Shown here: one piece after another, positions 1 through 8,046 of the stretch
Numbering within the stretch: position 1 is the stretch's first letter
How the letters are laid out: each line of letters starts with the position of its first letter
Origin: an uncultured virus (IMG/VR IMGVR_UViG_3300036770_004547)
Taxonomy: Duplodnaviria > Heunggongvirae > Uroviricota > Caudoviricetes
IMG/VR virus record: IMGVR_UViG_3300036770_004547
DNA length: 22,223 nucleotides
Direction: 5' to 3' (one strand)
Made by a program: the position numbers and the translations under genes
The notes under the pieces: model-generated
Seen by the model: the letters and a program-made list of their open reading frames with translations, nothing else
Told to the model about the DNA's origin: nothing
The model's database searches: none

Positions 1-122
1 ATTGTTCCAGTGACAGTTAGGTTTCCAGAAGTAGATGCAACAATTCCTGAAACTGTAATAGTCTGATCAACTCCACCATTGGTGAAGATAATGTTATCGA
101 CTTTTAAAGTACCGTACGCCAT
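1..122 (-). CDS. 5' part of a Thr/Gly-rich fibre-like structural protein (runs off the window)
   Basis: Not in the ORF track. ATG at 122 reads MAYGTLKVDNIIFTNGGVDQTITVSGIVASTSGNLTVTGT and stays open to the window edge; same T/G/S/V composition as the adjacent fibre gene; TAAAAT hexamer at 144-149. Confidence 0.7.
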   Translation of the reverse strand, partial: MAYGTLKVDNIIFTNGGVDQTITVSGIVASTSGNLTVTGT

Positions 123-159
123 AATCTTTGTTACTTTTTCTTTATTTTAACCGAAACAA

Positions 160-1938
160 TTAAGGCAGAATTGTAATTGTTCCTCGGATAATTAAACCTG
201 CATCACCAGAGATAACACCGGAAGAAATGAGAGCTGGTGTTGATCCAGATGGTGCGGTAAACACGCCTGACACACCGGTTAAATTTGTAAACTGACCAAT
301 GTTTCCTGTAACCGTAGCACCTGAAACACTAGTAGTTCCAACAACGGTTACACCCGTAATATCTGTTGCCCTAACTGCAGAACCTGTAATTGTTTGCCCT
401 GAGACGGTTCCGGTAACATTAATTCCAGAACTAAAGTAACCAGAACCAAGAACTGTTAAGTCACCACTGATTGTGGCACTGGTAAAAGTTTGGTTAGTTG
501 CATTTAAAAACTCAAAATTACCAGATGTTGCATTAACAATGTTTCCTGTAATTGTGGCACCGGAAATTTGTGCAGTAAATACACCGCTTACACCAGTAAT
601 TGTTGTTGCTTGAACTGTGTTACCAGTTATTGTTTGTCCAGATATCTGAGAGGTGAATACACCTGAGACACCCGTAAGCGTCGTGAACTGCCCGATATCA
701 CCGGTGACAGATGCTCCTGATACTTGGGTTGTAAAGACTCCTGATTGGAAATTAGCTGTGGTTCCTGTAACCGTTGTTCCAGTGACGGTTGTGAATCCTG
801 CGGTGTTTCCTGTAAGGGTTCCAAATTGTCCTGCATTGCCAGTAACAGTTGCTCCACTTAATTGAACAAAGTTTCCAGACGTGAAGTTTGCAGTTGTACC
901 AGTGGCAGTAACTCCACTCAATGTGCCACTGACATTGACTCCAGACGTAAAGAAACCGGAGCCAAGAACAGATAGATTTCCTGAGACAGTTAGATTATTT
1001 TGAACTGTGTGGCCACTGGTAACCAAGGTACCAAACGTGCCTGTTGTTGCATTAACCGTATTACCAGTAATGGTGGCACCAGAGAGCTGAGTTGTGAAAA
1101 CACCAGAAATTCCGGTAATTGTCGAAGCCTTTAACGTGTTACCCGTGATCGTTGCTCCGGAGATTTGATCAGTAAAGACACCAGAAACTCCGGTGATACT
1201 GGTAAATAAAGCTGTATCTCCGGTAACGGTTGCACCTGAAATGCGATCAGTGAAGACGCCGCTAACACCAGTAATGTTTGTAAATTTACCCGTGTTTCCC
1301 GTAATTACTGCACCCGACAATTGTGAAGTAAAAACCCCAGACGCGCCTGTGACAGTTGTAAAATTGGCTGTATTTCCTGTGACAGCAGCGCCAGAAATTT
1401 GACCAGTGAATACGCCTGACTGGAAATTAGCAGTTACCCCAGTAATCGTTGAACCTGTCAGGGTACCTGTTACAGTGACACCAGAGGAAAAGAAAGCATT
1501 ACCTAATTCCCTAAACGTGCCGCTAACCGTTAAATCACCTTGAGTAGTATGACCACTGGCCGTAAGATTTTGAAAAGTTGCGTTTGTAGCGTTGACGGTT
1601 GTACCAGTAATCGTTGTGCCGCTAAGGGTACCAGTGACATTCAAGCTGTTTTGAATGAAAACACCGCTGAAGTTAGCGACTCCAGTCGATGTAATGGCAT
1701 TAAAAGTTGCTTGGCCTGTAACCGTAAATGTACTGTTGATCAACAGAGGACCGGTCATGGTCCCACCGCTGAGAGTTAAATATTTTGTGTTAAGGTAATT
1801 GCTAAATTCGTTTAAGGTAATCTTCTTATTTTTTAACGTCGGGTCAACTTCGAAGACGCGAACAAGTGTCAGCAGATCTTGCTCTGCCAAGATTGCGCCT
1901 TGAATTGAAGGCAGTTCAGTAATCCTTCTATTGGCCAC
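160..1938 (-). CDS. Tail fibre/spike-like protein with Thr/Gly/Ser-rich beta-strand repeats (592 aa)
   Basis: GTG start; N-terminal MANRRITELP...KKIT anchor-like segment typical of phage fibre genes; YLTLSGGTMTGPL motif; ~26-aa repeats of SGVFTxQISGAxITGNTxxFTxITGV. Confidence 0.75.
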   Translation of the reverse strand: MANRRITELPSIQGAILAEQDLLTLVRVFEVDPTLKNKKITLNEFSNYLNTKYLTLSGGTMTGPLLINSTFTVTGQATFNAITSTGVANFSGVFIQNSLNVTGTLSGTTITGTTVNATNATFQNLTASGHTTQGDLTVSGTFRELGNAFFSSGVTVTGTLTGSTITGVTANFQSGVFTGQISGAAVTGNTANFTTVTGASGVFTSQLSGAVITGNTGKFTNITGVSGVFTDRISGATVTGDTALFTSITGVSGVFTDQISGATITGNTLKASTITGISGVFTTQLSGATITGNTVNATTGTFGTLVTSGHTVQNNLTVSGNLSVLGSGFFTSGVNVSGTLSGVTATGTTANFTSGNFVQLSGATVTGNAGQFGTLTGNTAGFTTVTGTTVTGTTANFQSGVFTTQVSGASVTGDIGQFTTLTGVSGVFTSQISGQTITGNTVQATTITGVSGVFTAQISGATITGNIVNATSGNFEFLNATNQTFTSATISGDLTVLGSGYFSSGINVTGTVSGQTITGSAVRATDITGVTVVGTTSVSGATVTGNIGQFTNLTGVSGVFTAPSGSTPALISSGVISGDAGLIIRGTITILP

Positions 1939-1980
1939 CTATATCAAAAACAAAGCCTATGTAATTGATTATAGGTGGCC
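1933..1980 (-). promoter_or_regulatory. TATAAT -10 element within an 11-bp hairpin that sequesters the GUG start of the fibre gene
   Basis: GGCCACCTATA (1933-1943) / TATAGGTGGCC (1970-1980) perfect inverted repeat; TATAAT on minus at 1973-1968; start codon at 1938-1936 lies in the 3' arm. Confidence 0.7.
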
Positions 1981-1995
1981 CTAGTTCGAAAGATC

Positions 1996-2352
1996 TTATT
2001 TCACCTGAATTTCAATACGCGGTAGATTCTGAGAAGCAAATCCCCAGATCCACTGCACTCCAGTAACGGCGCCAATAGACAGTGCAAAAACCACAATGAG
2101 TTCTGCAACTGTCAGATTACGCCTTACGTAAACAACTTTAGGTTGTTCAAAAGGAGATACGACTGGACCCTTGATTGGTTCGGAGATCTGATACACCTTC
2201 TTTTCTTGTGGTTGCTGCTGTTGTGCCATGTATTGAGCAACGGCAAGCTCCCTGGCTTGTTGCTTCATTTGCTCCAGGACTTCAGGCGTGATCTGCCCTG
2301 GGATCGATTGATTCATTTGAGGAGGAATACTGGAAGGAATTTGGTCTTCCAT
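1996..2352 (-). CDS. Hypothetical protein with a single C-terminal transmembrane helix (118 aa)
   Basis: Q/P-rich N-terminus; hydrophobic stretch LTVAELIVVFALSIGAVTGVQWIWGFA preceded by RR. Confidence 0.7.
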   Translation of the reverse strand: MEDQIPSSIPPQMNQSIPGQITPEVLEQMKQQARELAVAQYMAQQQQPQEKKVYQISEPIKGPVVSPFEQPKVVYVRRNLTVAELIVVFALSIGAVTGVQWIWGFASQNLPRIEIQVK

Positions 2353-2407
2353 AAAGCATGCAAAAGGTTTACAAAAAGACTAGCATCTAAACAGATTGAT
2401 TGTTGCA

Positions 2408-2896
2408 ATGAATTACGGATTGCGAAAAGGATTAGAGGACATTGCTTTTGAACTAAAAGGAATCAGGAATGTCCTTGCAACCATGTGGCATTCTCGTTAC
2501 AACGATGGCGAGACCGACATGATCAATCCAGAGGTCTACGCTGATGAGTACATCTCAACAGAAGAGTGCGCCAAGCGACTAGGCGTATCTGATCAGACGA
2601 TCAGAAATTGGATTCTTTCAGGAAAGAAAAGGCCAGAAAGTGGCTGGATCTATGGGATTCACTACATCAATATCAGTCCTGTCGGTGGAAACAAACAGAT
2701 TATTCGTATTCCGTGGAACCATTTGATCCAGAGTTTTACCAGGGATACCAAGCCAAGCTACAGAAGTTTTGTTGAAAGAGACGTGGTTAAATACTCTTCA
2801 GAAATGAGGGACTCAAAAGACTCTTACATTCCAAACCCATCCGTTCCGAAGACTCCTGATTTTGATGACCCGGAGATTACTGAGGAGTTGCGATGA
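2408..2896 (+). CDS. Helix-turn-helix (excisionase/HTH_17-like) DNA-binding protein
   Basis: Reads on + (track label is wrong); likely ATG at 2408 (track uses TTG at 2396); YISTEECAKRLGVSDQTIRNWI is a typical winged-HTH signature. Confidence 0.75.
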   Translation: MNYGLRKGLEDIAFELKGIRNVLATMWHSRYNDGETDMINPEVYADEYISTEECAKRLGVSDQTIRNWILSGKKRPESGWIYGIHYINISPVGGNKQIIRIPWNHLIQSFTRDTKPSYRSFVERDVVKYSSEMRDSKDSYIPNPSVPKTPDFDDPEITEELR

Positions 2897-3351
2897 CTCA
2901 TAGATTCGACGGCTGGTCCATAAGCGACGTAACATTAGAGAATTTTCCAGAGATTCTCCCTAAGTCACTCTGCCTTCAGATTGAAATTTTTTTGCCGCCA
3001 TCAGGATCTTTCGATACTCCAACCCTGCGCCGATACCTGGAAAACTTAAAAAATTATGAAGAAGAGGACCCGACTTTTGCAATGACGTTGGCGAACAGAT
3101 TGCGTGTTGCTTTCCAGGACATGGAGCCAGATACAATCTGTGGTAAGTTTCCCAATGCCGATCTGCCCTTAAAACGTAGGCTCCGTTGCGTTGCCGAATA
3201 CTTGATCAGAGCTGGAGAATTTGATAAACTCCGTGACGAAAATGGCAAGCTCATTAAGAAAAGAGGAGTTCTCGGTAAACTTGTCGTTATTTACCAACCG
3301 TTAGTTAAGATGCGTGAAACTCTAGTTCGTCAGGGATTGGTGAAAAAATGA
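2893..3351 (+). CDS. Hypothetical protein (152 aa)
   Basis: Reads on +; ATGA start/stop overlaps with both neighbours, suggesting translational coupling. Confidence 0.75.
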   Translation: MTHRFDGWSISDVTLENFPEILPKSLCLQIEIFLPPSGSFDTPTLRRYLENLKNYEEEDPTFAMTLANRLRVAFQDMEPDTICGKFPNADLPLKRRLRCVAEYLIRAGEFDKLRDENGKLIKKRGVLGKLVVIYQPLVKMRETLVRQGLVKK

Positions 3352-3734
3352 GCCGTCGTGAAAAATTAATTGCTTCTGTTATTGGTCCTGAGCTTGACCA
3401 AGAAAAAGCCAAGATGCTGGACTCAACTCTCAAGTTGATTCTTGGTGACATGGGCCAAATGTTCTCTAAGTTTTGGGAAGCTGAAGGTCCTGGTGTTATG
3501 TGCTTTCAGCCTGAGCAGGTCGAAAAATCAATGTTTTACTTGACGTTGAAAGAGCTACATGCGGCACAAGAGGAATGTGAACGAGAAGACAACGGTGATC
3601 TTGCCGAGACTTTTAGGCGCATTCTTCAAGCTGCACAAAAGATTGACCCGGAAGAAAGCGCTGGTTACATCTTGAATGACAAAGAAGGTATTCGCTTTGT
3701 CGCAGTTGACTACAACAAGGTTTCTGAAGACTAA
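3348..3734 (+). CDS. Hypothetical protein (128 aa)
   Basis: Reads on +; ATGA overlap upstream and TAATG overlap downstream. Confidence 0.75.
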   Translation: MSRREKLIASVIGPELDQEKAKMLDSTLKLILGDMGQMFSKFWEAEGPGVMCFQPEQVEKSMFYLTLKELHAAQEECEREDNGDLAETFRRILQAAQKIDPEESAGYILNDKEGIRFVAVDYNKVSED

Positions 3735-4327
3735 TGCCTGCTTTCGTTGGCAACAAAAAAGTTGAAGACTACGAATGGATCAGTAGTAAAGATATGATTG
3801 ATTCCGCTCATCTCGTTATGGGCGGCATTGATCTTGATCCTGCAAGTTCTGATAAAGCCAATGAGTTTGTCAATGCAAAGAAATATTACACACCTGTTGA
3901 TGACGGCTTAAATGAGATGGATTGGTTTGGAAACGTTTATGTGTTTCCACCACGCCACTCGTACTTCTGGCATCATGGCTCCCAACGGTGGAAGATGACC
4001 AGGGGATTGTCTCCTACTCTGACTTCCAGCTATGCACTTTGGTGGAAGACACTAAAAAGAAAATGGGTCAGCCGAGAGATTGAACAGGGCATTTACTTTG
4101 CCAATGCACCTGACATGTTCATGTACTGCCAGGATATTTTTGATCACCCTATATGCGTGTTCAGGACTAGACCAATATTGAATCAACACTTCTTTCATGA
4201 CGGAACGATAAAAAGTCGTAACACTTGCGTCTCATTTGCCGTATTTCTGCAACCGAGCAAGAATGTGTCGGACGCCACACAACACTTTGTTGACGTTTAT
4301 GGCGAAATGGGTCGCATTATTGTCTGA
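3734..4327 (+). CDS. Phage Dam-like DNA N6-adenine methyltransferase homologue with atypical catalytic motif
   Basis: Reads on +; EW near the N-terminus, GGIDLDPASS (SAM-binding motif), DDGL, and WFGNVYVFPPR in place of WxGxV(W/F)xNPPY. Confidence 0.7.
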   Translation: MPAFVGNKKVEDYEWISSKDMIDSAHLVMGGIDLDPASSDKANEFVNAKKYYTPVDDGLNEMDWFGNVYVFPPRHSYFWHHGSQRWKMTRGLSPTLTSSYALWWKTLKRKWVSREIEQGIYFANAPDMFMYCQDIFDHPICVFRTRPILNQHFFHDGTIKSRNTCVSFAVFLQPSKNVSDATQHFVDVYGEMGRIIV

Positions 4328-4360
4328 CTCAGTTAAAATCTAAAAGCTTCAGTTGAATTT

Positions 4361-5989
4361 ATGAGCATCCTGTCAGACCGCGAAATCAAAGAACTTTCAA
4401 TCGAGAAGGGTATGATCCAGCCCTTCCAGGATCGACTCATCAATGAAAGCAACGGCCGTAAATTGTTGAGCTATGGTCTTAGTTCTTACGGGTATGACAT
4501 TCGCTTGTCGCCTAAACAATGCTTGATCTTTGGGCGTACCCAGTCTGGTGATTGTGATCCCAAGGATTTTGATCAGAATATCCTGCGTCCGGCTGAATTA
4601 CTGGAAGATGAAAAAGGCCAATACTTTCTCCTTCCTCCTTTTGGTTACTGCCTTGGTGTTGCAGAAGAATATTTAGATCTTCCCAAGGACGTTACCGTGG
4701 TTGCCGTTGGGAAAAGTACGTATGCCCGATCGGGAATTTTGGTAAATATTACGCCTGCGGAAGCCTGTATGGCGGACGATACTGATATTCTTGCAAAGAC
4801 AGGGTGGAAAAAACTCAAGGATGTGATTATTGGGGAAGAAGTTTTAACTCTTAATCCCATTACAAAAGAAGCTGAATACAAACCTGTTCAAAAAAAACAA
4901 GCACATTATTACAATGGAAAACTGCTTCATTTCCACGGAAAGTATGTAGATCAACTTGTAACGCCTGATCATAAAATGTGGGCGGCAAAACGACTTGTTC
5001 GTGTTGAAGCAGAAGGAAATGGCTGGGCTAACAAACAAAAAGGTGTTCGTCGCGCACAAGAAAGCCACTGGAATTTTTCATTAATGCGTGCAGACCAAGT
5101 TTATGGTGAATGGAATCATTATTTAAGTCGAGACATTAAATGGTCTGGAAAAAAGCCTGAGCCTGTAACTCAAATCGGAAAGCATGCTTTTTCAACTGAT
5201 TTTTGGCTTCGTTTTTTAGGTGCCTGGATGGGAGATGGTTCTGCTTATGACAATGGACGCGGAAATTATGTAATTAAATTAGCTGTTGTTACCAAAGTTG
5301 AAAAGCGTTTGTATTTCAGGTGGATCTTGGAAAATCTTGGCGTCAATTTCCATGAGTCTGATTATGGCTTTTCTTTCCAATCTAAAGATGTCATGGAGTA
5401 TTTACTTCCCTACAAGTACGCTAAAAACAAACATCTGCCAAATGAAGTTAAGCAGCTTGATTCAGAAAGCTTAAAACTTATTATTGACGGAATGATGCAT
5501 TCAGACGGAAACATTGAAACGTCTACTTATGTCAGTGTGTCTGAAAAATTAATCGATGATTTTCAAGAGATCTGTTTAAAAGCAGGATATAACTGCACAA
5601 AGTGGTCGCAAGAAAAACCGATCATGACTGGGGTTCCTGTAAAAATGTTTAAAGCACGTTATTCAACTGCAAATGTAACTCCTTCAAAACTTACTCCCAA
5701 TAAGAATATGTCCAGCGTTGACTACACTGGCATGGTCTACGACATCACTGTTGAAAATCACATTTTCTATTCGAGACGAAATGGACGCGCTTCTTGGACT
5801 GGAAATTGCTGGGAAGGACATTTAACCCTGGAAATCAGTAATTGCACTGGTCTGTTTAATCGCATCTATGCCAACGAAGGGATCTGTCAGCTACTATTTT
5901 TCCGTGGCAAAGAATGCGAGACCGATTATCAAATGAGAAAAGGTAAATATCAAAATCAACCCAAAGAAGTGGTCTTTAGTCAGGTCTGA
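4361..5989 (+). CDS. dcd: dCTP deaminase precursor interrupted by an intein (spliced product 195 aa)
   Basis: Reads on +; MSILSDREI, SYGLSSYGYDIRL, GKSTYARSG, ITPAEA|...|CWEGHLTLEISN, IYANEGICQLLFF and KGKYQNQ are dCTP deaminase motifs. Confidence 0.93.
   Translation: MSILSDREIKELSIEKGMIQPFQDRLINESNGRKLLSYGLSSYGYDIRLSPKQCLIFGRTQSGDCDPKDFDQNILRPAELLEDEKGQYFLLPPFGYCLGVAEEYLDLPKDVTVVAVGKSTYARSGILVNITPAEACMADDTDILAKTGWKKLKDVIIGEEVLTLNPITKEAEYKPVQKKQAHYYNGKLLHFHGKYVDQLVTPDHKMWAAKRLVRVEAEGNGWANKQKGVRRAQESHWNFSLMRADQVYGEWNHYLSRDIKWSGKKPEPVTQIGKHAFSTDFWLRFLGAWMGDGSAYDNGRGNYVIKLAVVTKVEKRLYFRWILENLGVNFHESDYGFSFQSKDVMEYLLPYKYAKNKHLPNEVKQLDSESLKLIIDGMMHSDGNIETSTYVSVSEKLIDDFQEICLKAGYNCTKWSQEKPIMTGVPVKMFKARYSTANVTPSKLTPNKNMSSVDYTGMVYDITVENHIFYSRRNGRASWTGNCWEGHLTLEISNCTGLFNRIYANEGICQLLFFRGKECETDYQMRKGKYQNQPKEVVFSQV
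4766..5806 (+). mobile_element. Intein with LAGLIDADG homing endonuclease (347 aa, residues 136-482)
   Basis: Block A CMADDTDILAKTGWK; block B LVTPDHKMW; LAGLIDADG-like motifs FLGAWMGDG and IIDGMMHSDG; blocks F/G VYDITVENHIFYSRRNGRASWTGN followed by +1 Cys. Confidence 0.93.
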
Positions 5990-6379
5990 TTAAAAGCCTC
6001 TAAAGGTACCAGAGAATGGTTGGGGCTTACGTGCGTAACCAACGCCTCCTGTAGGCCCCATCTCATCGCCTTGGCTAGGAAGTACCACCCCATTCAAATT
6101 GGCTTCGTTCCTGGGCGTCCTACCCCTGATCTGGGGTTCATCGATTGAAGCTCTTTGTTTGTATGCACCAGCAGTCTTAGCCGCTGCCATGTACTTATTT
6201 ACACGCTCTTGTTGGCCTACATTACGTACGTCAACGGTATCTGCAATCTCTCTTTCTGTTTCATCCAAGCGTCTGACATCTGTGTCATAAGCTTGTCCTG
6301 GATTTAGGTCTGAAGTCTCGGCACCGGATGTACCAGAGAACTGCCGAGGATCGTAAGTGGGATCGAAAAATCTTGCCAT
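5990..6379 (-). CDS. Hypothetical protein (129 aa)
   Basis: ATG at 6379 with TAAAAT just upstream (6391-6386); stop abuts the dcd stop convergently. Confidence 0.7.
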   Translation of the reverse strand: MARFFDPTYDPRQFSGTSGAETSDLNPGQAYDTDVRRLDETEREIADTVDVRNVGQQERVNKYMAAAKTAGAYKQRASIDEPQIRGRTPRNEANLNGVVLPSQGDEMGPTGGVGYARKPQPFSGTFRGF

Positions 6380-6417
6380 GATATTATTTTAGATGAAGGA
6401 ATTCTGGTTAAAAAATA

Positions 6418-6777
6418 ATGATGCATGCAGCGATGACACCTGATGCATTCTTAAATCAATTTGTTATCAACGATGAAGTTATTAGTCGTTGTCTTAGTGA
6501 GTCTGATTTTGATCAGCCTTTGGACAACGAAAAGCACGACGTTCCTCTCCAGGACATGTACAATAGAGGTTTAGTGTTGACGCAACAAGGGCGTGAACGC
6601 ACCAACCTGCAACTGGAAGGAGGAGAACGATGCGGAATGACGGGTTATATTCCGAGTGCGGAACAGGGAATGGAGATGGGAGCATCACCCAAACCCAAAG
6701 CTTTAGTGCTGGAACTGGGGGAACCGAGCGAGGAGGAGAAAGAAATGTCGATGAAACGCCGTGGTTTAATCCGGTAG
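6418..6777 (+). CDS. Hypothetical protein (119 aa)
   Basis: ATG ATG start after an AT-rich divergent spacer; normal amino-acid composition. Confidence 0.65.
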   Translation: MMHAAMTPDAFLNQFVINDEVISRCLSESDFDQPLDNEKHDVPLQDMYNRGLVLTQQGRERTNLQLEGGERCGMTGYIPSAEQGMEMGASPKPKALVLELGEPSEEEKEMSMKRRGLIR

Positions 6778-7067
6778 ATGAGTGCAAGGACGGTTTTTGT
6801 CCTATGCCTGCACCAAAGCTGGTTGTTGCCAAGCCAAAGGTTGACATGGTGAATCACCCACCCCACTATGTCAACGAGAAAAAGAAAATTGAAACAATCG
6901 ACAAGATCGAAGATGCAGTTCAGTTTGCACCTGATGCAGTTCTTGGCGGCCTCCAGTGGCAAGTAATTAAGTATATTGACAGGATGTGGGATAAAGAAGA
7001 TCCTAAGAAAGATGCGAAGAAAGCAATGTGGTATTTAAAACGTCTTATTCAAAAATTAGAAGATTGA
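6630..7067 (+). CDS. DUF3310/SaV-like phage protein
   Basis: DMVNHPPHY...IETID.IE...IKY..R...K...D.KKA.WYL.RLI signature; ATG 6630 has AGGAGG 6 nt upstream; alternative start ATG 6804. Confidence 0.8.
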   Translation: MRNDGLYSECGTGNGDGSITQTQSFSAGTGGTERGGERNVDETPWFNPVDECKDGFCPMPAPKLVVAKPKVDMVNHPPHYVNEKKKIETIDKIEDAVQFAPDAVLGGLQWQVIKYIDRMWDKEDPKKDAKKAMWYLKRLIQKLED

Positions 7068-7355
7068 ATACTCTCGGTCATCATCGTCATCATCTTCTTC
7101 GTCATCCCCCTGGCACATCATTGCTAGCTCAACTAGCTCAAGCTGGGTCGGGTGATCAAATTCCAATTCAATATTTTCGTCAGCAAGAAGGTCTTTGATT
7201 GCGGCCCACTCGATTAAGCGCCGCTGGTACAGATTCAAAAGAGCAGCATACAGTTGATCCCAGGTCATCTCTTGGGCTTCCAGCTCTGCTTTACGCATTG
7301 CAAATTGCAGTTGAAGCGGGAGTTCTAATTCGCGGGGACGAACTGCGTCTTCCAT
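7056..7355 (-). CDS. nblA: NblA-like phycobilisome degradation adaptor with acidic C-terminal extension
   Basis: LPLQLQFAMRKAELEAQEMTWDQLYAALLNLYQRRLIEWAAIKDLL follows the NblA pattern LSLEQQF..R......MS.EQ....L..LY.Q.......LL as recalled. Confidence 0.7.
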   Translation of the reverse strand: MEDAVRPRELELPLQLQFAMRKAELEAQEMTWDQLYAALLNLYQRRLIEWAAIKDLLADENIELEFDHPTQLELVELAMMCQGDDEEDDDDDDREYSIF

Positions 7356-7380
7356 TTCTGTATGTCAATCTGAAAATATT

Positions 7381-8046
7381 CTAATCCCAAGAGATGGAGA
7401 TTGAATCGTTTTCTTCGTAGTCAGAGTCCAGTTCGAAAGAAGTCTCTGCTTCGAAGCTATTGACAAACTCAGCCAATACGTAAGGGTTTGTACTGGCCTC
7501 CAGGGATCGGATTGCTTGGATTTGATTGGGTTGCGCTGAATAATTCCTAAATGCGTCAAGGAGAATTTCCCCTCCCTTGTCAATTGGAGTCTTTACTTCA
7601 GCCAGAAAAAGATTGGACTCTTCTCTACGACGATCAACTAAACCACCAATGACTTTGTAGTAAGAATCAAAGATCCAGTGTGTGATTTCTTCTGCAGCAC
7701 CACCCCAGTACTCATTCTCAACAGCATCAATAATCTCACTGTACAGAAAAGGCTCCCAACCAATTGAATGGATGAATGAGATCAGAGCCTCTCGCATGGA
7801 AGCATCTAGACCCAAGTTCAGACGCGTTAGTTCATCATCAATCAGTTCTACCTCGTGGAACAGATATTCCAGGGCCTTGTGTTGAGTACAGCGATGTCCT
7901 TGTTTTACAGGAGAACCATCTGGATAATATTGGGTTCCGTATCCAATGGTATAAGGGGCACCGCCAGTACTGGGATCTGGGTAAGCCTTTTCGCTGTACC
8001 CCTCATACTTTTTGATTATGTTAATCGCACGCCGAAAGTCGGCCAT
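7381..8046 (-). CDS. GH24 phage lysozyme (endolysin) with C-terminal accessory domain
   Basis: IIKKYEGYSEKAYPDP...YTIGYGT catalytic E-D-T region, ALISF, GLVDRRREESNLF. Confidence 0.9.
   Translation of the reverse strand: MADFRRAINIIKKYEGYSEKAYPDPSTGGAPYTIGYGTQYYPDGSPVKQGHRCTQHKALEYLFHEVELIDDELTRLNLGLDASMREALISFIHSIGWEPFLYSEIIDAVENEYWGGAAEEITHWIFDSYYKVIGGLVDRRREESNLFLAEVKTPIDKGGEILLDAFRNYSAQPNQIQAIRSLEASTNPYVLAEFVNSFEAETSFELDSDYEENDSISISWD

Noticed and set aside
160..1760. CRISPR-like or DGR-type nucleotide repeats
   Set aside because: Repeats are conserved at protein level with divergent codons; no identical repeat-spacer pattern, adenine-specific variant pair or reverse transcriptase seen.
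627..1779. Short alternative-frame and antisense ORFs inside the fibre gene
   Set aside because: By-products of repetitive Thr/Gly codons.
2396..5989. ORF-track minus-strand labels for 2396..2896, 2893..3351, 3348..3734, 3734..4327 and 4361..5989
   Set aside because: The listed proteins translate directly from the + strand (for example ATGAGCATCCTGTCAGAC at 4361 gives MSILSD), so the labels are wrong.
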